Shown: piece after piece, positions 42,962 to 50,733 of the stretch
Layout of the letters: every line of letters starts with the position of its first letter
How positions within the stretch are numbered: the first letter of the stretch is position 1
DNA from: Candidatus Latescibacterota bacterium
Lineage (GTDB): Bacteria; Latescibacterota; UBA2968; GCA-2709665
Assembly: GCA_965219995.1 (NCBI GenBank)
Contig: CBDCOX010000002.1
Coordinates: 1,728,001-1,792,000, forward strand
DNA length: 64,000 nucleotides
Reading direction: 5' to 3'
Notes under the pieces: generated by a model
Told to the model about the DNA's origin: nothing
Database searches by the model: none
Seen by the model: the letters and a program-made list of their open reading frames with translations, nothing else
Program-made: the position numbers and the translations under genes

Positions 42962-45106
42962 GTGGAATCGCCAAAGCAGGAACCCATCGTGAAAACCGAC
43001 ACCAACTGGAAATCCCGCATCCGTCCCGACCACCCCCGGATCTTCATCAACGGCGACACGCTGCCGGCGATCCGCGCGCGTGCCGCGGGCGGATGCAACG
43101 ACCACTACCTCGAGGTCAGGTCGTTCGCCGAGTCGACGCCTGAGATGGAATGGGCCGCGATCGTCAGGCCGCCGCCCCTGCCCGACGGCACGGAAGTGCG
43201 CGATTGGGGCCATCGGATGATGTGCTCCGCCATCGTCCATCTCGTGGAACCTGCGGCCGACCGACGTACACGGCTCATTTCCGAATTGCGCGCGAGCGCG
43301 GAATACTACCACGCCTGTTACGCGGAGGACGAATCCGTCAACTGGTATGCCGCGAGCCGCGCCGCGTGCCTGGTTACCCTGGACTGGATCTGGAATGAAC
43401 TCGACCCGGAGGACCGGCGCGAGATCGGCCTGCGTCTGCTGGACCACGTGGACGAAGCGCTTCACAAGCCCGGCATCCGTCGCCGCAACGGTTCCGACCA
43501 CCGCAGCGGATTCTACGGCGCGCCCAGCCTGGCCTGGTTCGCGGGCCTCCTGCTTTACGGAGAAGGCTTCGACGACGATCGGGCGGCCCGTTTTCTCGAT
43601 CAGGGATACGACGACCACGTCAAGCTGCTGGTTCACCGCGCGTCCTCGTGCGGCGACGACGGCGGCGAAGCTTCGCCCACGCTCGGGTACGCGTTCGGCG
43701 AATACCCCCTGGCGCAATGGAACTTCATCCATACCGTCCAATCGTCGACCGGTGAAGACATTTCCGGAAACTGGCCGCACATCCGCATGTTTCCCAACTA
43801 TGTCATCTGGAACTGGCTTCCCGGCGACCTCGAGTTCGGGTACGGCGACAACGCACACACCGATAACCGAATGCGGACTAACTGGATGTACACCCATATG
43901 TCCCACATCATGCACTTCTTCGGCGGGACCCATCCGGAGTGGGCCGGACTGGCGCGAACCATTCGGGACATGGCCGGCGGCGGATTCCCGCCGGACAAGT
44001 GGCCGATCTATCCGTTTCTGCTCGACGGTCCGGATACCGCGCCTCCGGCTCGAGGGCCGGGCATCCTTCCGCCCGCCCGTCATTTCGAGAACCTGGGTCA
44101 ACTCTTCATGCGTTCAGGTTCCAGTGACGCCGACACGTATGCCCTGTTTTGCGGCGGGGGCAGCCTGAGAAGCCACCGCCATTACGACGCCACTCACTTT
44201 ACGATTTTCAAGAACGGATTCCTCGCGCTTGACAGCGGCACACGCCAGGGAAACACCGACAACCTGCAGAACTACTACGCGCAGACGGTCGCCCACAACT
44301 GCGTCCTTATCAAGATGCCCGGCGAAGCGCCATCGCCGTACTGGAACGGCGAGGTCTACGGGCAGGCCGGTGGACAGAACAAACCAATCGGCTCGGAGAT
44401 TACCGCTTTCGAAACCAACCCCGAGTTCACATACGTCGCCGCCGACGCCACTCCGGTCTACAATGCCGACAAATGCGCCCTCATGGTCCGGCAGTTCGTC
44501 TTTCTGCCGCCCGACCATTTCGTCGTATTCGACCGGGTCACGTCCACTTGCGCCGGGTACGACAAGACCTGGCTTCTGCACCACGCCAACGAACCCGTGG
44601 TCGAAGGCGCCTCATGGCGGTCGGACCAGCATCAGGGACGCATTATTGCGCGGACACTGTTACCGGAAGACGCCGTGCTGGACAAGGTCGGCGGGCCGGG
44701 CAGGGAATTCCTCGCCGACGGCGTCAACTATGCGATCGACGAGGGCCCGTCGCGGCTCATCGTTGAGAACAAATATCCGATCGGCAGGATGCAGTACGAC
44801 GAAATTCCCGAGCTTATGGGCCGCTGGCGGATGGAAGTCAGACCGGGCACGGACCGCAAAGAGGACCTGTTCCTGCATCTCATACAGGTTGGAGATCGGA
44901 ATCTGCAAAGGATGGACGAAGCGGATGTCAGCGTCTCCCGGAACGGTGTCGAACTCGACTTCATCGCGTGCGGCAGTCGCGTCGTGATCTCGTTCGCGGC
45001 CTCCGGAGAGACCGGCGGTCATATCACGCGTATCCGGAACGGGGAGCGGCTTGTAGACAAGGACCTCGCCGGGGATGTACAGGCCCAGGCCGGTCTCGCC
45101 ACATAA
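42962..45106 (+). CDS. Heparinase II/III family polysaccharide lyase-like protein
   Basis: DHPRIF, FMRSG, HRHYD..HFTI, LALDSG, YAQTVAHN, VVFDRV. Confidence 0.85.
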   Translation: MESPKQEPIVKTDTNWKSRIRPDHPRIFINGDTLPAIRARAAGGCNDHYLEVRSFAESTPEMEWAAIVRPPPLPDGTEVRDWGHRMMCSAIVHLVEPAADRRTRLISELRASAEYYHACYAEDESVNWYAASRAACLVTLDWIWNELDPEDRREIGLRLLDHVDEALHKPGIRRRNGSDHRSGFYGAPSLAWFAGLLLYGEGFDDDRAARFLDQGYDDHVKLLVHRASSCGDDGGEASPTLGYAFGEYPLAQWNFIHTVQSSTGEDISGNWPHIRMFPNYVIWNWLPGDLEFGYGDNAHTDNRMRTNWMYTHMSHIMHFFGGTHPEWAGLARTIRDMAGGGFPPDKWPIYPFLLDGPDTAPPARGPGILPPARHFENLGQLFMRSGSSDADTYALFCGGGSLRSHRHYDATHFTIFKNGFLALDSGTRQGNTDNLQNYYAQTVAHNCVLIKMPGEAPSPYWNGEVYGQAGGQNKPIGSEITAFETNPEFTYVAADATPVYNADKCALMVRQFVFLPPDHFVVFDRVTSTCAGYDKTWLLHHANEPVVEGASWRSDQHQGRIIARTLLPEDAVLDKVGGPGREFLADGVNYAIDEGPSRLIVENKYPIGRMQYDEIPELMGRWRMEVRPGTDRKEDLFLHLIQVGDRNLQRMDEADVSVSRNGVELDFIACGSRVVISFAASGETGGHITRIRNGERLVDKDLAGDVQAQAGLAT

Positions 45107-45170
45107 GGGCAGGTTCGGGCGGGCCGATGAAAGGTCTCAAGTTTCTCACCCTTTGACGAAGAGACGCCAG

Positions 45171-46073
45171 ATGACCGAATTTCGGGGCATCTACCCCGCG
45201 CTGATTACGCCAATGACGCCTGAAGGAGAATTCAACGAAGCGGCCTTCCGACGGCTCATGGAATACAACATAAGTGCCGGGGCGCACGGCTTCTGGGTAG
45301 CGGGCGGCGCCGGCGAAAGCGTATTGCTGGACGACGAGGAGAATTCCCGCATTGCCGAAGTCGCCGCCGACCAGGCGGCCGGCCGCGCCGGAATCATCAT
45401 GCACGTGGGGGCGCCTACCACCGCGCGCGCCGCCAGGATGGCCGAAAATGCGGCAAACGCCGGCGTCGACGCCATCTGCGCCGTACCTCCTTTCTTCTAC
45501 CGGCCCGGGCCGGACGAGGTCGCAGAACACTACCGGGCGGTCGGCGCGGCCGCGGACCTTCCGCTTTTCATCTACAACATTCCCGGCGCGACCGGCGTCG
45601 AGATCACCCTCGAACTGGCGGAGAAGATCCGGCAGCACGTGCCGCAACTTTCCGGACTGAAGCATTCGGCGCCCGCGTTTGCAAACACCCGTCATTTCGC
45701 CAGTATGGGCCTTTCGTGCCTCATCGGCAGCGCGGCGCTTCTCCTTCCTGCACTCACCATCGGCGCTTCGGGCTGCGTGGATGGCCCCCTGTCACTTTCT
45801 CCGGACGTCTGGGTCAATATCTGGACGGCGTATCACCGCGGAGACATGAAATCCGCCGAAGCCGACCAGAAACGGGCGGCCGAACTCTATACGATCTTCA
45901 ACCGAGCCGGATATATCGCGTCCATGAAGGCCCTGCTATCAGAGAAACTCGGGATCGACTGCGGGGACCCGCGCCCCCCGCAACGCCCGCTCACCGGCGA
46001 GGAGAGAGCCTTTGTCATCCGTACGGCGACAGCGCTGGGGATGATGGAATCCGTAATTGTCGACGGCCGATGA
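45171..46073 (+). CDS. DHDPS/NanA/KDG-aldolase family lyase
   Basis: GIYPALITP, GGAGES, IYNIP, GLKHS. Confidence 0.88.
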   Translation: MTEFRGIYPALITPMTPEGEFNEAAFRRLMEYNISAGAHGFWVAGGAGESVLLDDEENSRIAEVAADQAAGRAGIIMHVGAPTTARAARMAENAANAGVDAICAVPPFFYRPGPDEVAEHYRAVGAAADLPLFIYNIPGATGVEITLELAEKIRQHVPQLSGLKHSAPAFANTRHFASMGLSCLIGSAALLLPALTIGASGCVDGPLSLSPDVWVNIWTAYHRGDMKSAEADQKRAAELYTIFNRAGYIASMKALLSEKLGIDCGDPRPPQRPLTGEERAFVIRTATALGMMESVIVDGR

Positions 46074-46149
46074 CCGTTCAGGAACATGACGATGGACCCG
46101 TCCGTCGCATTTTGCGACACATTGGACCCGATTCACGGAGATTGCGTAT

Positions 46150-47061
46150 ATGATCCCCTTACTCAGCAGCCTGTGCTACGGAACGCTTGAAGTCTGCCAG
46201 CTTCCAAGGACCTGGTGGAAAGTCCTGCTCCGGAACGCGGGCATTCTCGACGAAGAGTATCCCGACGTCAGCGAAGGCCTGGACAAGTCCGTCCTCGAAG
46301 TGCTGAAACTGGACAGAGAGACGACCCTGGCGTATCTGCGGGAGACCACGCCCGACTATCTTCAGTTCGAAGCCTGGGTCCTCGGACAGAACGACGGAAC
46401 GCTGGACCGACAGGCAATCGAAAACTGGAATGATTCCGTGCGCAACCGCGTTCACACGCGACCCGACAAGCTCGAAGAAACCACAGGCGACATCGGCATT
46501 CCCAACGACGGCGCGATCACATCGGCCGTGATCCTCAACAGCCTCCAGGACTGGATGCTCTTCTACAGACGGGACCTGGCGGGGGGATTCTCATCCCTGC
46601 GCGGCACCGTGGTTCCTCTCGTCTCCAGCCTGGACTACGGTCCTCTCAACGTCTGCCAACTCCCTCGTACGTGGCTGAAGATATTGCTCAGGTCCCGGAA
46701 CCTGCTTCACCCGGACTATCCCGATATGACCGAAGACGGACTGGACCCCCGCGTCCTGCGCGCCATCAACATCCGGCCGGACGACGCCCTCCGTTTCATC
46801 AGAGACAATGCGCCTACCTATCTCGACTTCGAAGCCTGGGTTCTGGATAAAAACGACGGCCGTGTCGACCCGCGCGCCGTGGAGGAGTGGAACAGCTTTG
46901 TGCGGACCCGCATCCATACCGAAGAGAAAATCGTCGATATTCACAATACGCTGGGCCTGGCAAACGACGGAAGCCTGACCTCCGCCGTGGTCCTGAACCA
47001 CGTTGAAGACTGGCACTTCGCGCATGCCGACCTGACGGGCAACACCGCCGGGTCGACCTGA
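46150..47061 (+). CDS. Tandem-duplicated DUF5069-like domain protein
   Basis: Two ~145-aa internal repeats PL.SSL.YG.L.VCQLPRTW.K..L...YPD...GLD...P.YL.FEAWVL...TSAV.LN...DW. Confidence 0.75.
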   Translation: MIPLLSSLCYGTLEVCQLPRTWWKVLLRNAGILDEEYPDVSEGLDKSVLEVLKLDRETTLAYLRETTPDYLQFEAWVLGQNDGTLDRQAIENWNDSVRNRVHTRPDKLEETTGDIGIPNDGAITSAVILNSLQDWMLFYRRDLAGGFSSLRGTVVPLVSSLDYGPLNVCQLPRTWLKILLRSRNLLHPDYPDMTEDGLDPRVLRAINIRPDDALRFIRDNAPTYLDFEAWVLDKNDGRVDPRAVEEWNSFVRTRIHTEEKIVDIHNTLGLANDGSLTSAVVLNHVEDWHFAHADLTGNTAGST

Positions 47062-47161
47062 CCGGCCGGCCCAGGCAGAGGGCCGTAGTGGTATTGCGTA
47101 CGACATTGGCGAACATATACGTCTGTCCGTTTCGACATTGGATCAACCATCTGTTTTGTTG

Positions 47162-47190
47162 TTGACATCATCCGAACTTTGAGTTAAAAT
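47162..47190 (+). promoter_or_regulatory. Near-consensus sigma70 promoter heading the repeat/WD40 locus
   Basis: TTGACA-N17-TAAAAT; CGACATTGG direct repeats at 47101 and 47133 just upstream. Confidence 0.8.
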
Positions 47191-47228
47191 ACCATTAAAT
47201 TCAGGTATTAGTTTACATTGTCGGAAAA

Positions 47229-47426
47229 CAGCACCGGCCGGATTGTACGGGAGGTGATACTCGAAACCACGCCGTTAAGTGTCTCGTCGTTGTACGACTT
47301 GTTTCAGGCGGTGATCGGCGGAAGAATTGGCTACAGCCGGTCACGGGTTTGTTCGGATAAAAAGGGGAGGTGATCGTCGAAACCACGTCGCCAAACGTTT
47401 TGCCGATGTACATCTACGTGAGAAAC
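47229..47426 (+). ncRNA. Candidate two-unit structured non-coding motif, copy A
   Basis: Cores GGAGGTGAT-N4-GARWCCACGYCG-N6-GTY-N4-YG-N-TGTAY at 47250 and 47366; homologous pair at 57378/57493. Confidence 0.5.
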
Positions 47427-47607
47427 TGTGGCTCGGGGAATTCCTGAAATGACACGTCGCGCTGTGTGTGAACGGTCGATTCCGTTATAATCCCACACCG
47501 CGTCTCTTCAGATTACCGGCATACCTTCCAGGTTGATCCCAGAATCCCATCAAGCACAGTCTCTTCATACGGTTTCATCTCAGTAAATCCCTCGTATTCA
47601 CTTGAAT

Positions 47608-48324
47608 CGGTGTCCGTGGGGCGGTTGGGCTGTACGCCTGCCGCATGAATCACGGGGCTCGCCGGATTCATGTGATTCACTGTCCGGGGTGGGATTGGGT
47701 GGCGCGCCCTGCGCCTTCCGTCAAGGTTGATCTCCCTGTAATCGCGTGATTCACTGTCCGAATTGCATCCGGGTAGCATGCCGTGCATCCTCCTGACGGC
47801 AAACACCCGAATCATATGATTCGCGTTCCACGGGGCGGCTGGCCTGAGCGCCTTTCGCTTTAATCACGGCAATCACTCGTGGCATATGTATCGCAGTCCG
47901 GGTTGTGGATGAGCGGCGCGCCCTGCGTCCTCATTGCGGTTGATCTTCCTGCATTCACGTGAGTCACTGTCGTTGGTGGCCGCTGGATGGCGGATCCTGT
48001 GCCTTCATCACAGTTTTTCACTCTGTTTTCTTGAATCGCTGCCCCGCGTGCGGCCGAGCGGCGCGCCCTGCGCCCTCCAGCACGGCATTCACCCTGATCG
48101 TATGATCCGCTCTCCGTGGTGCGGCTGGGCTGCAAGCCTTCCGCCTTAATCACGGAAATCATTCGAATCATACGGATCACAGGCCGGCGTGCGATTCGGC
48201 GACGTGTCTTCCGCTTCACCTTCCCGGTAAATCTATCATGATCACGGGCATCAAGGCCCGGATTCGGCCGAGCGGCGGGCCGCGCGGTTTGATCAATGTC
48301 AATACGTTCAGTCACAGTCACTCC
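47608..48324 (+). repeat. Degenerate tandem array, 10 units of 70-74 bp with 9-bp-phased AATC ladders
   Basis: Unit anchors (CACTGTCCG-like) at 47608, 47678, 47752, 47822, 47892, 47965, 48037, 48108, 48178, 48252. Confidence 0.75.
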
Positions 48325-48511
48325 AGTGTTCTGTCCCCGAAATAAGTTGCCTAAATTCGGCCGTCGAGTCGCCCGGCTCGCGAGGCGCCAGAGCGCAGGC
48401 GACCTGGCCGGGTCGGCGAGCGATGGCACTTCGACAAGCTCAGTGCAAGCAACGCTGCGAGACGGGATGAATCGGCGGATGAATGGTGAAGTATTTTTGG
48501 GACAGGACACT
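48325..48511. mobile_element. MITE family B (187 bp) carrying an internal REP-like hairpin
   Basis: TIRs AGTGTTCTGTCCCCGAAATA and (revcomp) AGTGTCCTGTCCCAAAAATA, 17/20 match; GCACTTCGACAAGCTCAGTGC at 48426-48446. Confidence 0.75.
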
Positions 48512-48530
48512 CGTCAGGGAGGGCGTTCAG

Positions 48531-50615
48531 ATGAACAGGACATTGATATTGAGCACTGTTCTTCTCCTGGCGACTGTCTTGTTTGCACCGGACAGCGGTG
48601 CACAGGATTACAATCGCTGGAGCTTGCCCGAAGGGGCCCTGATGCGGCTGGGCAAAGGAGATGTGCGCGACGTGGTCTGGTCGCCGGACGGAACGCGCCT
48701 GGCAGTGGGAGGCAGCATCGGCATCTGGCTCTACGATGCCCGCACCGGGGCGCAAACCCGCCTGATCACAGGACATTCGTTCCGGGTCAATGCGGTTGCG
48801 TTTTCGCCCGACGGCCTGACGCTGGCAAGCGGCAGCCGGGACCATACGGTGCGGCTTTGGTACGTGGCCACAGGACAGGAGAAAAGCATCCTCACAGGAC
48901 ATACCGACGACGTTGAAGCGGTGGCATTCTCGCAGGATGGAACGACGGTGGCAAGCGCCGGAAGCGACTCCACGGTGCGGGTGTGGAACGTGGCCACAGG
49001 GGAGGAACGACACACGCTCACGGGACACGTCGGAAAAGTTGGGGCGGTCGTGTTTTCACCAGATGGTCTGACGCTGGCAAGCGCCGCAAGCGACTCTACC
49101 GTGCGGGTGTGGGACCTGGCCACAGGGGAGGAACGACACACGCTCGCGGGACATGTCGGAGAGGTTTGGTCGGCCATCGGAATGGCCCGGTCGGTCGTGT
49201 TTTCACCAGATGGTCTGACGCTGGCAAGCGCCGCAAGCGACTCTGCGGTACGGGTGTGGGACGTGGCCACAGGGCAGGAGGAATACACCCTTACAGGACA
49301 TACCGATGATGTCTCTTCGGTGGCGTTTTCGCCGGATGGGGCGACGCTGGCAAGCGGCAGTTTCGGCAGGACGGTGCGGGTGTGGGACGTGGCCACCGGA
49401 CAAGAAAGACACGCCCTGACGGGACATACCTCGTCTGTCAGGTCGGTGGTGTTTTCGCCCGATGGGACGACGCTGGCAAGCGCCGACTGGCACAATAAGA
49501 TGCGCGTGTGGGACGTGGAAACGGGGCAGAGACAAAGCACGCTCACCCTCACTGGGCATACGCGCGCAGTACGTTCGGTGGCGTTTTCGCCGGATGGATC
49601 AACGCTGGCCAGTGGCGGTACCGACCTTTCGGTGCGACTGTGGGACGTGGCCACAGGGCAAGATCTACGCACCTTCACAGGACATACCGCTTCGGTCAGG
49701 TCGGTTGCGTTTTCGCCCGACGGGGCGACGCTGGCAAGCGGCAGTTTCGACGGGACGGTGCGGATGTGGGACGTGGCGACAGGGCACGAGAAAAACACGC
49801 TCGAGGGACATTCACGGTTTGTCTGGACGGTGGCATTTTCGCCCGACGGAAAAACGCTGGCAAGCGCGGGCGGAACCGACCTTACGGTGCGGGTGTGGGA
49901 CGTGGCCACAGGGCAGGAAAAACACGTCCTGAGGGGACACACGGCCATCGTCTATTCGGTGGCGTTTTCGCCGGATGGCAGAACGCTGGCAAGTTCCAGT
50001 CAGGACAGGACGGTGCGGTTGTGGGACCCGGCCACAGGGAATGAGAAAAACACGATCGCAGCACATACCCGTTGGATCTATTCGTTGGCGTTTTCACCCG
50101 ATGAGACGACGCTCGCAGGCCCCGATGGCGATGGTACGGTGCGGGTGTGGGACGCGGCGACAGGACGGCTTATTCGCACCCACACTGCATATAAAGAGAG
50201 TTTCCTGTCGGTGGCGTTTTCGCCCGACGGGGCAACCCTCGCGACCGGCAGTCTGCGCAATCCGGTGTGGTTGTGGAACATGGCCACAGGGCAGGATATA
50301 CGCACCTTCACGGGACATACCTTTCCGGTCAGTTCGGTGGTGTTTTCTCCGGATGGGAAAACGCTGGTAAGCGGCAGTTACGACGGCACGATATTGCTGT
50401 GGGACGTCTCGTCACGAACCGCACTGCAACCCCTTGCCGCCGACTTCGACGGCGACGGGGCCGTGGGTTTTTCCGACTACCTGCAATTCGTCGCGAAGTA
50501 CGGGCTGAGCTGGGGAGATGCGGAATATGACGCACGCTTCGATCTGGACGGCGACGGTACCGTCTCGTATGGCGACTGGACGATCTTCAGACGCAGCTTC
50601 GGCCGGGGCGGATGA
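48531..50615 (+). CDS. Secreted WD40 repeat protein 1 (14 repeats, C-terminal EF-hand/dockerin-like pair)
   Basis: Signal peptide then QDYNRWSLPEGA.MRLGKG; GH...FSPDG..LAS...D.TVR.WD repeats; DFDGDG...DLDGDG tail; ATG 48531 after GGGAGGG. Confidence 0.92.
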   Translation: MNRTLILSTVLLLATVLFAPDSGAQDYNRWSLPEGALMRLGKGDVRDVVWSPDGTRLAVGGSIGIWLYDARTGAQTRLITGHSFRVNAVAFSPDGLTLASGSRDHTVRLWYVATGQEKSILTGHTDDVEAVAFSQDGTTVASAGSDSTVRVWNVATGEERHTLTGHVGKVGAVVFSPDGLTLASAASDSTVRVWDLATGEERHTLAGHVGEVWSAIGMARSVVFSPDGLTLASAASDSAVRVWDVATGQEEYTLTGHTDDVSSVAFSPDGATLASGSFGRTVRVWDVATGQERHALTGHTSSVRSVVFSPDGTTLASADWHNKMRVWDVETGQRQSTLTLTGHTRAVRSVAFSPDGSTLASGGTDLSVRLWDVATGQDLRTFTGHTASVRSVAFSPDGATLASGSFDGTVRMWDVATGHEKNTLEGHSRFVWTVAFSPDGKTLASAGGTDLTVRVWDVATGQEKHVLRGHTAIVYSVAFSPDGRTLASSSQDRTVRLWDPATGNEKNTIAAHTRWIYSLAFSPDETTLAGPDGDGTVRVWDAATGRLIRTHTAYKESFLSVAFSPDGATLATGSLRNPVWLWNMATGQDIRTFTGHTFPVSSVVFSPDGKTLVSGSYDGTILLWDVSSRTALQPLAADFDGDGAVGFSDYLQFVAKYGLSWGDAEYDARFDLDGDGTVSYGDWTIFRRSFGRGG

Positions 50616-50733
50616 GGCGCGGGCGCCGTCACTCGCTCCATGTCATACCAAGAGCCACATCAAACACAGTCTCTTCATGGGTTTTTAATCAGCCTTTAAT
50701 CAGCTCTTAATCACAGTCCGGGAGGGTATTCAA
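50616..50733 (+). repeat. Conserved WD40 intergenic leader (AATC ladder), before gene 2
   Basis: CACATCAAACACAGTCTCTTCA...TTTAATCAGCCTTTAATCAGCTCTTAATCACAGTCCGGGAGGGTATT. Confidence 0.85.

Noticed and set aside
47250-47395. T-box riboswitch (AGGTG...ACCACG resembles GGTGGNACCRCG)
   Set aside because: Several extra bases break the UGGN bulge. No stem I motifs or terminator are visible, and downstream genes are not amino-acid related.
47213-47413. Small ORFs over the paired motif (47213-47413 minus; also 57382-57624 plus)
   Set aside because: Frames and stops are not conserved between copies A and B, and substitutions show no third-position bias.
47608-48324. CRISPR array
   Set aside because: The period is CRISPR-like, but all positions are degenerate homologues of each other. 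There is no constant repeat with unique spacers and no cas gene.
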